Shown here piece after piece: positions 8,967-18,966 of a DNA stretch of 64,000 nucleotides. The position numbers and the translations under genes are program-made. Positions within the stretch are counted from its first letter, which is position 1. Every line of letters starts with the position of its first letter. This DNA comes from an uncultured Woeseia sp. (GTDB lineage: Bacteria > Pseudomonadota > Gammaproteobacteria > Steroidobacterales > Woeseiaceae): assembly GCA_937925605.1 (NCBI GenBank), contig CALALV010000001.1, forward strand, positions 1,229 to 65,228, in the 5' to 3' direction. The notes below the pieces were generated by a model. That model did not search any database, was not told the origin of the DNA, and was given only the letters and a program-made list of their open reading frames with translations.

Positions 8967-11075
8967 CTAACCGGCGATGCTCAGCGGGATACGCTCGTCG
9001 TCGCCGGCGTCGACCGTGAAGAACGCGGTCTTTTCCTTGAGCTTGCGAGCCTCGGCGCCCATCGTGCGGCTGGAGGTCGTGGCCTCGTCGACCAGCGCAG
9101 AGTTCTGCTTCGTGATCTGCTCCATCTGCGCGACGGCGCGGTTGACCACTTCGATGCTGTTCGCCTGCTTGCCACTTGCCGCAGAGATCTCGCTGACGAT
9201 CTCGGTGACGTTCGCGACCGCGGAGACGATCTGCTCGAGCGTGCGCCCGGACTCGTTGACCAGCCGCGAGCCTTCCTCGACCTTGCCGACCGAATCCTCG
9301 ATCAGTTCGCCGATCTCCTTGGCCGCGTTCGCGCTGCGGCCGGCCAGGTTGCGTACCTCGCTGGCGACGACCGCGAAGCCGCGGCCTTCCTCGCCCGCGC
9401 GGGCCGCCTCGACCGAGGCATTCAGCGCGAGCAGGTTGGTCTGGAACGCGATCTCGTTGATCACGTTGATGATCTCGGAGATCTTCTTGCTGGACGAGTT
9501 GATCTCGTCCATGGCCCGTACCGCGTTGCCGACGACGTTGCCGCCTTCCTGCGCCTTGTCGCGGGCAGCGAGGACCGTGGTCGACGCGCGCTGCGCATTC
9601 TCGGCGTTCTGGCGCACGATTCCGGTCATGTGGCCCATGTGGTCCGTGGTCGCGGCAAGGCTCTTCACCTGCTCCTGGGTGCGGGCGAGCAGGCTTTGAT
9701 TGCCGGCGACGATGTCGTTCGACGCCACCCAGACCGCGTCGCCCGACGACTTGATCGAGCCGATCACGTCGGTCAGGCGATCGATGGTTGCGTTGGTGTC
9801 GTGTTGCAGCTGGGCAAACGTGCCGCGGAAGTTGCCGACGATCTTGTGGGTCAGGTCGCCGCCGGCCATCGCGCTCATTACGCCGGTCACGGCGCGCATC
9901 GGCCCGGTAACCGCATCGAGGGTCTCGTTGATGCCCTCGATCAGGTTGCTCCAGACGCCGGAGAACTCGGCGGACGAGCCGCGCCTGTCGAGTTCGCCGG
10001 CCTGCGCGGCGCTGGTCAGGCTGGCTGTCTGGCCGACCAGCCCGTTCATGACGCTGACCAGCGTATTCAGGTTGCCCTTGATCGTGTTGAAATCGCCGTG
10101 GTACTCGTCGGCCAGCGGCGGCGGGATATCGCCTCGAGCGATGCGTTCGACGTACTCACCGGTCACTTCGATCGGCGCGACGAACTCGTCGATCAGCTCG
10201 TTGATGTTTTCGATCAGGCTCGCATAGGCGCCGCGGAACTGGTCCGCGTTGCCGCGGACCTTGAGCTGGCCTGCGCGCACGGCGTCGATCAGCGCGCTGA
10301 TTTCGCCGGCGAGCGAGTCGATCGTGCGGGTCACCTCGCCGACGTGGGACACCATTTGCCCGATCTCGTCGTTCGACGTGGCCGTGGTTGCGTGCGCGAG
10401 ATTGCCGTCCGCGAGCGCGTTCATACCGCGCACCGTGTCGTTGACCGACTGCGACGCCACCCGGATGATGAGAAAAGAGAAGACGATCATCGTACCGAGC
10501 GACACGGCGATCACGATCATGAGTATCTGGGTTGCCCGATCCGTGTAGTCCTTCGTACTCGTGAAGGCATGGGCGATGTTGGTCTTGTCGCGGGCCGCGA
10601 GCGACTCGATCGTCTCGTGCAGCCTCGCGACCCGGGCCGCGGTGTCCTGCAGCGCCGCGAACACCTCGTCGTCCATGTCGCCGTCGACGAAGCGGCGCGT
10701 GGTCGCGCTGGCCTGCGCATAGTAGGAGTTGAATTCCGCGGCGATTTCACCGAGCGGAGCGGTGTCGACGACGGCATTTTCCATGCCGCGGCCGATCAGG
10801 TTGCGGAATCGATCGCGAAGATCGTCGGTTTCGGCCAGGATGTCGAGGTCGGCGCTGGCCGCCGCATCCTGGAACGAGCGCTGGATGAGTTCGAGCGTTT
10901 CGCCCAGCCGGTTGTTGAGTTCGAGCGAGGAATAGTAGCCGTTCTCGATGTCGTCGACCTTGCCGATACTCTGGCCGCCCATGTACCAGGACGTGGTCAG
11001 GATCAGCATGAACGCCAGTGCGGATATCACGGGCAGCAGGCCGATCTTGTAGGCGAATGGCAGGTTTTTGAACAT
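8967..11075 (-). CDS. Methyl-accepting chemotaxis protein (transmembrane, periplasmic helical sensor, multiple HAMP repeats)
   Basis: Two TM segments (IGLLPVISALAFMLILTTSW; ILMIVIAVSLGTMIVFSFLII). Signalling hairpin [42 protein letters not shown]. Confidence 0.9.
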   Translation of the reverse strand: MFKNLPFAYKIGLLPVISALAFMLILTTSWYMGGQSIGKVDDIENGYYSSLELNNRLGETLELIQRSFQDAAASADLDILAETDDLRDRFRNLIGRGMENAVVDTAPLGEIAAEFNSYYAQASATTRRFVDGDMDDEVFAALQDTAARVARLHETIESLAARDKTNIAHAFTSTKDYTDRATQILMIVIAVSLGTMIVFSFLIIRVASQSVNDTVRGMNALADGNLAHATTATSNDEIGQMVSHVGEVTRTIDSLAGEISALIDAVRAGQLKVRGNADQFRGAYASLIENINELIDEFVAPIEVTGEYVERIARGDIPPPLADEYHGDFNTIKGNLNTLVSVMNGLVGQTASLTSAAQAGELDRRGSSAEFSGVWSNLIEGINETLDAVTGPMRAVTGVMSAMAGGDLTHKIVGNFRGTFAQLQHDTNATIDRLTDVIGSIKSSGDAVWVASNDIVAGNQSLLARTQEQVKSLAATTDHMGHMTGIVRQNAENAQRASTTVLAARDKAQEGGNVVGNAVRAMDEINSSSKKISEIINVINEIAFQTNLLALNASVEAARAGEEGRGFAVVASEVRNLAGRSANAAKEIGELIEDSVGKVEEGSRLVNESGRTLEQIVSAVANVTEIVSEISAASGKQANSIEVVNRAVAQMEQITKQNSALVDEATTSSRTMGAEARKLKEKTAFFTVDAGDDERIPLSIAG

Positions 11076-11107
11076 TGGACTCTTCCTTGCTCCGCATTCC
11101 GGGCAGC

Positions 11108-11135
11108 GCGCCGGGGACCTTGCGATCCCCGGCGC
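11108..11135 (-). terminator. 10-bp GC hairpin between the binding-protein gene and the MCP gene (no U-tract)
   Basis: GCGCCGGGGA-N8-TCCCCGGCGC lies immediately downstream of the 11154 stop. With no T-run, it may be an attenuator or RNA-stability element rather than a full terminator. Confidence 0.35.
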
Positions 11136-11153
11136 TTCCTTGCCACGCAGGGA

Positions 11154-11585
11154 CTACTTGACGGTCATCAGTACCTTGACCGAACCGTCGACTGCCGAGG
11201 CTGCGACGTAGCCGACCAGCGACGGGTCGCCGGCCACCGCCGCGATCACGTCGGCGTCCGACCCGACTTCCTTCGGCGGCGAGCCCTTGCCGGTGAAGAC
11301 GAGCTTCGACCAGTAGGCGCGCAGCTGGCTGGCGGTCTTGCCGACGACCAGCTCGTAGAACTGCTGCGCAGTCTCCGAGTCCTTGGCCTGGTCAACCGGC
11401 GTCAGTCGTTCGCCGGACAGTGCCTTGGTCTTGCCGAGGAACAGCCTGGCGACGTCTTCCGGAGCGGCCTCGGAGATCGGGGCGGACGGGTTGGCGATGA
11501 CCACCACGTCGGGGGCCGCGCCGGCACCGCTTGCGTACAGCAGGCTGCTGGCCAGGCCTGCGAGCATCCATTTCCTGAAGTTCAC
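11154..11585 (-). CDS. Small periplasmic PstS-like (PBP-like, single-lobe) substrate-binding protein
   Basis: Signal peptide MNFRKWMLAGLASSLLYASGAGAA. The motifs VARLFLGKTKAL...LTPVDQ...YWSKLVFTGKG...VGYV are typical of about 140-aa PBP-like proteins annotated as phosphate-binding. Confidence 0.6.
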   Translation of the reverse strand: MNFRKWMLAGLASSLLYASGAGAAPDVVVIANPSAPISEAAPEDVARLFLGKTKALSGERLTPVDQAKDSETAQQFYELVVGKTASQLRAYWSKLVFTGKGSPPKEVGSDADVIAAVAGDPSLVGYVAASAVDGSVKVLMTVK

Positions 11586-11594
11586 GAGACTCTC

Positions 11595-12743
11595 CTAGAA
11601 CAGTACGTTGACGACCAGGCTGTAGACGTTGAAGTCAGTGCCCGTCGGAAGCTTGTCATCGGCGAACGTGACTTCCGCCTTGATCGCCGTGTTGTCGAGG
11701 ACATTCCAGCGCGTGCCGACCGAGATCGCAGCGCGATCGGTCTTGCTGCCCGCGATGATGCCCTCGACCGTAAGGCGCAGAACGTCGAGACCCGGATCCA
11801 GCCCGAACGGGATGGCATCGGCATAGCCGCTCTCCGGGTCCGTCTCGACGCGCGAGTAGGTGAGGTAGGGCGTGAAATCCGCGACGTAGGCGCCACCGGT
11901 GACGTACCAGCTTTGCTGGTCGGCCACCATGCCGCGCGAGAAGTCCGTCTGCGTTGCTTCGCCGCGCAGGAACCAGCCGTCCGCATCGTACGTGGCCGCG
12001 ACTTCCACGAAATCCGCCGGCTTGGCGATGATCGCGACGTCGTCGGCAACTGCGCCGAAGCCCAGCCCGCGCAGCGCGTCGAACAGCGGGCGCGTGTCCT
12101 CGACGTCGAAGGTCACATCGGCCTGGTGGTAACTGGCACGCAGGCTCAGGGCGTTGCGATCGAAAGTGAACGCGATGCCCATGAAGTCCTCGAGCTTGCG
12201 ATCGACGTTGGAACCGCGGTATTCCTGGTCACCGTCCTCGCCGCCGGCGTAAGCCTGGATCGTCGCATCCCAGTCGCCGATCGACGTGTTGAAGATGATG
12301 TCCATGCCCTCGTAGTGCGTGAACGGGATGTTCATGTAGACCTCTTCCACCGGCCGCACCCAGGGATAGGCGAAGCCGACGTCATAGAAGTCGGATACGA
12401 CGAAAAACGGCGGGCGCAGGCGGCCGCCACGTACGGTCACGCTGTCGGTGACGTCGAAGGACAGGTAGGCCCACTCGAGTTCCGGCTCGAAGTCGTCCGA
12501 ACCGCGGATCACCACCTGCGCGGTGGCGCTCAGCCGGTCCGTGAAGTTCGCGCCGAGCTGGAAGCCGGATACGGTGTCGGGCTCGAAGCTCCAGTCGTCA
12601 TCGTAGCCGGCATAGTCGATGCCGCTTTCGCTGACGCTGCCGGCGCCGATGGTAAGGAAACCGTCAAAGCTGGTTTCCACGGCCAGGGCCGTCATCGGCA
12701 GCCAGGTTACCGCGATACCCGCGGCCAGTCTCTTCATGCTCAT
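11595..12743 (-). CDS. Outer-membrane beta-barrel porin
   Basis: Signal peptide ...LPMTALAVE, alternating amphipathic beta-strand pattern, aromatic-rich, terminal ...VVNVLF (C-terminal Phe). Confidence 0.65.
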   Translation of the reverse strand: MSMKRLAAGIAVTWLPMTALAVETSFDGFLTIGAGSVSESGIDYAGYDDDWSFEPDTVSGFQLGANFTDRLSATAQVVIRGSDDFEPELEWAYLSFDVTDSVTVRGGRLRPPFFVVSDFYDVGFAYPWVRPVEEVYMNIPFTHYEGMDIIFNTSIGDWDATIQAYAGGEDGDQEYRGSNVDRKLEDFMGIAFTFDRNALSLRASYHQADVTFDVEDTRPLFDALRGLGFGAVADDVAIIAKPADFVEVAATYDADGWFLRGEATQTDFSRGMVADQQSWYVTGGAYVADFTPYLTYSRVETDPESGYADAIPFGLDPGLDVLRLTVEGIIAGSKTDRAAISVGTRWNVLDNTAIKAEVTFADDKLPTGTDFNVYSLVVNVLF

Positions 12744-12924
12744 ATGCCCTCCTCTTGGGCCTCTTGACGGTCGCCTTCCTGGCGCTCCGTTGGTTCGAAA
12801 GTCGCGTGCCCGCCGCCATGACGGAGCGGCGCTGTCACTTGATCGTCACGCACGCCGGGAACTTTAGCTCCGGGAGGGCGCAGACCGGCCTCACGGGGCA
12901 ACTTGCGGCTCCGGCCCGCGAAAA

Positions 12925-12940
12925 CGTGACGCGCGTCACA
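12925..12940. promoter_or_regulatory. CRP/Vfr/Clp-like palindrome cGTGA-cgcgcg-TCACa
   Basis: A perfect 14-bp palindrome GTGACGCGCGTCAC, 8/10 to TGTGA-N6-TCACA. It lies 38 bp upstream of the che-operon sigma28 -35 element. Confidence 0.3.
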
Positions 12941-12977
12941 GGAGTCCGCCCGGCCGCCGCCGGACCGGCGCGGCCGT

Positions 12978-13004
12978 TAAAGCTTTGCCCCCTGCCGCCG
13001 ATAC
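12978..13004 (+). promoter_or_regulatory. Sigma28 (FliA)-type promoter of the che operon
   Basis: TAAAGCTT-N11-GCCGATAC compared with the consensus TAAAGTTT-N11-GCCGATAA. It lies 138 nt upstream of cheY. Confidence 0.6.
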
Positions 13005-13141
13005 GCCCGAACGTGATTGGTGGCAGGAAATGATTCGTGGCCGTCTGCACCCCCGAGCGGTGCATCGCCGCGTCCCGCCGGCGATTTACGCGGTGCGCGG
13101 CGCCGCGAACACCGAAACAATGAGAGTGGAGAGCCTCCGAC

Positions 13142-13504
13142 ATGCAAAACGTGCTGGCAGTTGATGATTCGCCGTCAATGCGCAGTCTCGTGGACTTCGT
13201 ACTGAAGCGGGCCGGCTACAACGTCGTTCTCGCCGAGGACGGCGAGCAGGCGCTCGCCTGGGCGCAGGACAACACGGTCGACCTCGTGCTGACGGACATC
13301 AACATGCCCAAGCTCGACGGCATCGGGCTGATCAGGGCATTGCGTGCCATGCCCAGCTACCAGTACGTGCCGATGCTCGTGCTGACGACCGAGTACGGTC
13401 GCGAGAAGAAGCTCGAGGGCAAGGCGGCCGGCGCGACTGGCTGGATCGTAAAGCCCTTCGAGCCGACCATGCTGATCCAGACGATCAGCAGGGTACTGTC
13501 CTGA
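13142..13504 (+). CDS. cheY: Chemotaxis response regulator CheY
   Basis: 120-aa single receiver domain: VDDS, LVLTDINMPKLDG (phospho-Asp), LTTE, VKPF. Confidence 0.9.
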   Translation: MQNVLAVDDSPSMRSLVDFVLKRAGYNVVLAEDGEQALAWAQDNTVDLVLTDINMPKLDGIGLIRALRAMPSYQYVPMLVLTTEYGREKKLEGKAAGATGWIVKPFEPTMLIQTISRVLS

Positions 13505-13540
13505 TGTACCGGGCCCGTCTTCACGTCCGGGAGTCCGTCG

Positions 13541-15565
13541 ATGTCTGTTGATCTCGACATTGCGGAAATTGCCCAGCTGTTCGTCGAGGAGAGCGTCGAA
13601 GGCCTGGACCTGATGGAGAACGGGCTGCTGAACCTCGACCTCGGGGCGGCCGACCCGGAAACGATGAACGCGATTTTCCGTGCCGCGCACTCGATCAAGG
13701 GCGGCGGCGCGACCTTCGGCTTCAACGAGGTGTCGGAGTTCGCGCATCACGTGGAGACCCTGCTCGACGAGATGCGCCAGGGCGAACGCGAGGTGACCCG
13801 CGACGCGGTCGACCTGCTGCTGCAGTCCGTGGACTGTATCCGGGAAATGATGGACGGGCTGGCCAGCGGCAACGTCGACACGCGCCGCGCGCAAGCGCTG
13901 GAAGCGAAGATCTCCGAGCTGATGGCCGACAATGCCGCGGCCGTCGTCGCTGCGACCGCACAGACTGCGGACTGCGCGCAAGCCGTTGCCGGCTGGGAGA
14001 TCGACTTCCGCCCGCTGCCGTCGATGTTTCGTTCCGCCAACGATCCGCTGCGGATACTGCGCGAGCTCGATGCGCTCGGCGATCTTGCCGTGATGTGCGA
14101 GGGCAGCGAAAAGCTGGTCCTGGGCGAATTCGATCCGCAGGAATGCCAGCTGGGCTGGCAGCTCGTGCTGCTCGGCAACGTGCCGCGCACGGCAATCGAC
14201 GAGACCTTTGCCTGGGTGGTCGACGAGTGCGAGCTCGACGTTCGCCCCATCGCCGACGACTCCGCGGGCGCGCCTCCCGAGCCGGCGCCGAAGCCAGGAA
14301 CGGCAGCGGAGCAGGCTGCCGCGAAACCGGCCGCATCGCCCGCCAACCCGGCGGCCAGCCGCGGCGGCAGCAAGGAGAGTGGCTCGATCCGCGTCAAGAT
14401 CGACAAGGTCGACGCGTTGATCAACCTGGTCGGCGAACTCGTCATCACGCAGTCCATGCTGAGCCGCTTCGGCGGCGACTTCGACTTTACCCAGATCGAG
14501 TCGCTGCGCGAGGGCCTGTCGCAGCTCGCCCGCAACACCCGCGAGTTGCAGGAAAGCGTCATGGCGATCCGCATGCTGCCGATCAGTTTCGCGTTCAGTC
14601 GCTTCCCGCGCCTCGTGCGGGATACGTCCAATGCCCTCGGCAAACAGGTCGACCTCCGGCTGACCGGCGAGCATACGGAGCTCGACAAGACCGTGCTGGA
14701 GAAGATCGGTGACCCGCTGGTGCACCTCGTGCGCAATTCGCTGGACCACGGTCTCGAGACGCCAGAAGAGCGGCGTGCCGCCGGCAAACCCGAGACAGGC
14801 GTGCTCGAGCTGTCCGCCTATCACGAGGGCGGCAACATCGTAATCGACGTGATCGACGACGGCGCCGGCATCAACCAGGAGCGGGTGCTGGCCAAGGCGC
14901 GCGAGCGTGGCCTGGTCGGCGCGGACGAACAGCTGCCGCCCGAACGCATCAACAACCTGAGCTTCATGCCGGGATTCTCGACGGCCGAGGCCGTCAGCGA
15001 CCTTTCCGGTCGCGGCGTCGGCATGGACGTCGTGCGGCGCAACATCAGCGACCTGGGCGGCAGCGTCAGCGTGACGTCGGAGCCCGGCGCCGGCAGCACC
15101 TTCACGATTCGCCTGCCGCTGACGCTCGCGATCCTCGATGGCCAGCTGGTGCGGGTCGGCAGCCAGACCTACATCGTCTCGCTGGTCTCGATCGTCGAAA
15201 CGATCCAGGTCGGCGCAGCGACCGTCAACAGCATTGCCGGCGGTTCCGAGCTGTTCCGGTTGCGCGACGAATACCTGCCGGTGCTGCGCCTGCACGAGAT
15301 GTTCGGAATCGAGTGCGACAGCACGAACATCGAGGACGGGCTCATCGTCGTCGCGGAGGCGAATGGCCAGCGGGTCGGAATTCTCGTCGACGAACTGCAG
15401 GAGCAGCAGCAGGTCGTCATCAAGAGTCTCGAGGCGAACTACCGGCAAACGCAGGGCATCTCGGGAGCGACGATTCTCGGCGACGGCACCGTCGCGCTGA
15501 TCCTCGACGTGCCCGGCCTTATGCAGCTGTTCGTGGACCGCAATCGGGAATCGGCAGCCGCCTGA
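13541..15565 (+). CDS. cheA: Chemotaxis histidine kinase CheA
   Basis: Hpt FRAAHSIKGGGATFGF; HATPase motifs (HLVRNSLDHG, DDGAGIN, GRGVGMDVV); C-terminal CheW-like domain. Confidence 0.95.
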   Translation: MSVDLDIAEIAQLFVEESVEGLDLMENGLLNLDLGAADPETMNAIFRAAHSIKGGGATFGFNEVSEFAHHVETLLDEMRQGEREVTRDAVDLLLQSVDCIREMMDGLASGNVDTRRAQALEAKISELMADNAAAVVAATAQTADCAQAVAGWEIDFRPLPSMFRSANDPLRILRELDALGDLAVMCEGSEKLVLGEFDPQECQLGWQLVLLGNVPRTAIDETFAWVVDECELDVRPIADDSAGAPPEPAPKPGTAAEQAAAKPAASPANPAASRGGSKESGSIRVKIDKVDALINLVGELVITQSMLSRFGGDFDFTQIESLREGLSQLARNTRELQESVMAIRMLPISFAFSRFPRLVRDTSNALGKQVDLRLTGEHTELDKTVLEKIGDPLVHLVRNSLDHGLETPEERRAAGKPETGVLELSAYHEGGNIVIDVIDDGAGINQERVLAKARERGLVGADEQLPPERINNLSFMPGFSTAEAVSDLSGRGVGMDVVRRNISDLGGSVSVTSEPGAGSTFTIRLPLTLAILDGQLVRVGSQTYIVSLVSIVETIQVGAATVNSIAGGSELFRLRDEYLPVLRLHEMFGIECDSTNIEDGLIVVAEANGQRVGILVDELQEQQQVVIKSLEANYRQTQGISGATILGDGTVALILDVPGLMQLFVDRNRESAAA

Positions 15566-15590
15566 CGCGGCACAGGAAGAGGCAAGACTA

Positions 15591-16127
15591 ATGACAGCAG
15601 CACAACATGCAGCCGATGAGCTGTTCGCTCCCAACGAGACGCGCGACGCGGCCGGCCAGTACCTGACGTTTATGCTGGCGGGCGAGGAATACGGTGTCGA
15701 GATCCTCAAGGTGCAGGAGATCAAGGGCTGGGGCACCGCCACGCCGATCCCGAACACGCCGCCGCACGTACTCGGCGTGCTGAACCTGCGCGGTGCGGTC
15801 GTCCCGATCGTGGACCTGCGCAAGCGATTCGACCTGGAGAGCATCCCGTACGGGCCGACGACCGTGGTCATCGTCGTCAAGATGCAGGGCGACGGTCATG
15901 AGCGCACGGTCGGCCTCGTCGTCGACGCGGTCGCCGACGTCTACCGCCTGGAGACGGACGAGATCCAGCCGGCGCCCGACATGGGCACGGCGATTCACAC
16001 GGAGTTCGTGCGCGGTCTCGCGACCGTGGGCGACAAGATGGTTATTTTGCTGGAAGTAGATCGCCTGATCGATTTCCGCTCGCTCGAAGCGGCCGCCGCC
16101 ACTGATGGCGACGGCTCGGGCGAATGA
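15591..16127 (+). CDS. cheW: Chemotaxis coupling protein CheW
   Basis: [21 protein letters not shown]...[15 protein letters not shown] is a typical CheW domain. Confidence 0.9.
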   Translation: MTAAQHAADELFAPNETRDAAGQYLTFMLAGEEYGVEILKVQEIKGWGTATPIPNTPPHVLGVLNLRGAVVPIVDLRKRFDLESIPYGPTTVVIVVKMQGDGHERTVGLVVDAVADVYRLETDEIQPAPDMGTAIHTEFVRGLATVGDKMVILLEVDRLIDFRSLEAAAATDGDGSGE

Positions 16128-18880
16128 CGACAGAGGCCAATGAGGGTTTCGGGATGGGCAGGTTTTTCGAGGAAATGCAATTGCGGCACAAGCTGGCGGT
16201 CATGCTGTCGGTATTCGTGCTGGGTTTCGTGTGGCTGGTCTACGACGAGATACTGAACGGCGTCGAGCGGCGCGCGGAAACCGCGGAGCTGCTCGAGCTG
16301 GCCGACCTGTCGGCCGTCGTCAGCGAAGTGGTTCACGCTCTGCAGAAGGAGCGCACGGTCTCGGCCGCGCTGCTGGGCGGTGCCGCCGTCGCGGCCGAGC
16401 TCACGCAGCTGCGGCAAATGAGCGACCGCCACGTGACGACGCTGCTTGCCACGCTCGAGGCCGGCGAAGCCGGTACCGAGGCAATGGCGGCCTTGATGCG
16501 CAACGCCCGCGGCCGGCTCAGCATGCTGGCGGCGACCCGCGCCGCGGTCAGCGGCGGACGCGCCGGGCTCGACGAACTGCTGGCCGTCTACGGAGACGCG
16601 AATAGCGCGCTGCTGGAACTCGCCGCGGTACTGCCGCAGCATAGTTCGATCGGTGCGATCAACAATTCGTCGATCGCCTACGTCGCGCTCATGCAGGGGA
16701 AGGAGCGCGCGGCGATCGAAGGCGCAATCCTCGCGAACGCGATTGCCGCCGATTACATCGACCACGCGGCACTGGAGCGCGCTCGCGGGTTGCGCGAGGC
16801 GCAGGCCGTGTACACGCAGACCTTCGAGTCACTCGCATCGCCCCGGCTGCGGACGGACTGGGCCGAGGCCCGCATCGCGCGGCCGCTGGAGGATCTCGCA
16901 GAAATGCGCAGCGCCGTTTACGGGAGCGTCGAGCTCGCGGGATTCGGCATCGACGCAGGCAGCTGGCTGCGTGCGCAGGCCGAGATGCTCGGCCTGTTCG
17001 AGGACGTCCGTTCCGGCGCAGCCGAGGAGCTGCGTGCCGATCTCGGCGAGTTGCGCCGCGAGTCCGGCGCGGCCATGAACTTCGCCGTGCTGCTCGCGCT
17101 CGCGATCCTGTCCTACTGCGTCGTGTTCGGCGTCGCGATGGGCCAGGCGATCATGCGGCAGCTCGGCGCGGATCCGCAGCGCCTCAAGACCGTCGTCAAT
17201 GCCATCGCGAACGACGACCTCGATCTCGAGCCCGGGGACGCGGATTCGGCAACCGGGGTGTTCGCGGACGTGCTGCACATGCAGCGCCAGCTGCGGAGCC
17301 GGATAACGGCGGATCGCGAGGCGCTGGCCGAAAATTCGCGCATTCGCCAGGCGCTGGACAACGTCGACGGCAACGTCATGATCGCGGACACCGACATGCG
17401 CATCGTGTACATGAACGATGCCATGACCGCCCTGCTGTACCGGGCGCAGGAGGATATTCGCAAGGACCTGCCCGACTTCGACGCACGCAACCTGATCGGC
17501 AACAGCATCGAGATGTTCGCCGGCAGGCGCTCCGTCAAGGGCGGCTTCCTGGGCGAGCTGATGGCGCAGCACGAGACGGAACTGACGCTCGGCGGCCGCA
17601 CGCTGCGGGTCGTCGTCAACCCTGTCTGCTCCACGGACCGCGAGCCGCTCGGCGTCGTGGTCGAGTGGACCGACCGCACGCAGGAAATCGCGATGGAGGC
17701 CGACGTGCACCGCGTCGTCGAGAGCGCACTGGCGGGTGACCTCAGTCCGCGCATCGAGATCGCGAACAAGCAGGGCTTCTTCCGCGAGCTGTCCGAAACC
17801 GTCAATCGCCTGCTCGAGGTGGCCGAATGCGTCATCGGCGACACGCAGCGAGTGTTCGGCGCGATGGCAGCAGGTCGGCTCGACGAAATGATCACGTCCG
17901 AGTACGCGGGCTCCTTTGGCCAGCTGCGCAGGGATGCGAACGCGACCGTGGCCAAGCTGACGGAGGTCGTCAGCGGCATTCTCGACTCCTCGGCCCAGGT
18001 GAAGGCCGGCGTCGACGAGATCTCGCAGGGCAACCGCGTATTGAGCGAACGCACCGAGGAGCAGGCGGCGAGCCTCGAGGAAACCGCCGCGAGCATGGAA
18101 CAGATGACGACGACCGTCCGGCAGAACGCGGACAACGCCTCCGAGGCCAACCAGCTCGCCCAGGACGCGCGCGAGCAGGCGGAGAAGGGCGGCGCGGTGG
18201 TCAGCCAGGCGGTCCTCGCCATGCGGGAGATCAACGATTCGAGCCGCAAGATCTCGGACATCATCGGTGTCATCGACGAGATCGCGTTCCAGACCAACCT
18301 GCTGGCGCTGAACGCATCGGTGGAAGCGGCGCGCGCCGGCGAACAGGGCCGCGGCTTCGCGGTAGTTGCGAGCGAAGTGCGCAACCTCGCGGGACGCAGC
18401 GCGACCGCTGCCCGGGAAATCAAGGACCTGATCGAGGACAGCGGCGGCAAGGTCGAGGAAGGCTCGCGACTGGTCAACGAGTCGGGCGAGATGCTCGAGG
18501 GCATCGTCAACGGCGTCAAGAAAGTCACGGACATCGTCGGCGAGATCGCCGCGGCCAGCCATGAGCAGGCGGTCGGCATCAACGAGGTGAGCCAGTCGAT
18601 CCTGCAGATGGACGGGCTGACGCAGCAGAACGCGGCACTGGTCGAGGAGGCCGCCGCGGCCAGCGAGGCGCTGCGCGGCCAGGCCACGGACCTGAGCCGC
18701 CTGATGGCCTTCTTCGGCGCCCGCGCGGAAGAGGGTCCGGAGCCGGCCTACGACGGCATCGAACGTCGCGGGACGGACCGGCCGTGGGCCCGCCCGGCAG
18801 CCGGCGAGGAACCGGCGGCGCTCGTGGTCGCCGGCAGCGAGGCGGCCCAGTGGAGCGACGAAGAGTGGGAAGAATTCTGA
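16124..18880 (+). CDS. Methyl-accepting chemotaxis protein with a NIT-like periplasmic sensor, HAMP/PAS/HAMP modules and a C-terminal EWEEF pentapeptide
   Basis: ATGA overlap with cheW. TM1 [19 protein letters not shown]-like motifs ([32 protein letters not shown]). TM2 [22 protein letters not shown]-like [19 protein letters not shown]. Signalling hairpin [42 protein letters not shown]. Ends ...WSDEEWEEF. Confidence 0.9.
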   Translation: MTTEANEGFGMGRFFEEMQLRHKLAVMLSVFVLGFVWLVYDEILNGVERRAETAELLELADLSAVVSEVVHALQKERTVSAALLGGAAVAAELTQLRQMSDRHVTTLLATLEAGEAGTEAMAALMRNARGRLSMLAATRAAVSGGRAGLDELLAVYGDANSALLELAAVLPQHSSIGAINNSSIAYVALMQGKERAAIEGAILANAIAADYIDHAALERARGLREAQAVYTQTFESLASPRLRTDWAEARIARPLEDLAEMRSAVYGSVELAGFGIDAGSWLRAQAEMLGLFEDVRSGAAEELRADLGELRRESGAAMNFAVLLALAILSYCVVFGVAMGQAIMRQLGADPQRLKTVVNAIANDDLDLEPGDADSATGVFADVLHMQRQLRSRITADREALAENSRIRQALDNVDGNVMIADTDMRIVYMNDAMTALLYRAQEDIRKDLPDFDARNLIGNSIEMFAGRRSVKGGFLGELMAQHETELTLGGRTLRVVVNPVCSTDREPLGVVVEWTDRTQEIAMEADVHRVVESALAGDLSPRIEIANKQGFFRELSETVNRLLEVAECVIGDTQRVFGAMAAGRLDEMITSEYAGSFGQLRRDANATVAKLTEVVSGILDSSAQVKAGVDEISQGNRVLSERTEEQAASLEETAASMEQMTTTVRQNADNASEANQLAQDAREQAEKGGAVVSQAVLAMREINDSSRKISDIIGVIDEIAFQTNLLALNASVEAARAGEQGRGFAVVASEVRNLAGRSATAAREIKDLIEDSGGKVEEGSRLVNESGEMLEGIVNGVKKVTDIVGEIAAASHEQAVGINEVSQSILQMDGLTQQNAALVEEAAAASEALRGQATDLSRLMAFFGARAEEGPEPAYDGIERRGTDRPWARPAAGEEPAALVVAGSEAAQWSDEEWEEF

Positions 18881-18966
18881 TCCGGATCCCGGTCGGCGCC
18901 GGTGCCGTGCCCGTGCACGCAGCCGGCCTGCCGGCTACCGACCGCAGTGAGGCGGAAAGCGAAACC

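Noticed and set aside
9630-12767. 1045-aa ORF on the + strand
   Set aside because: It runs antisense across three well-supported - strand genes (MCP, binding protein, porin), with low-complexity Arg/Asp/Val composition. This is a GC artefact.
13175-15880. 901-aa ORF on the - strand
   Set aside because: It is antisense to cheY/cheA/cheW, which have unambiguous motifs in the + frames.
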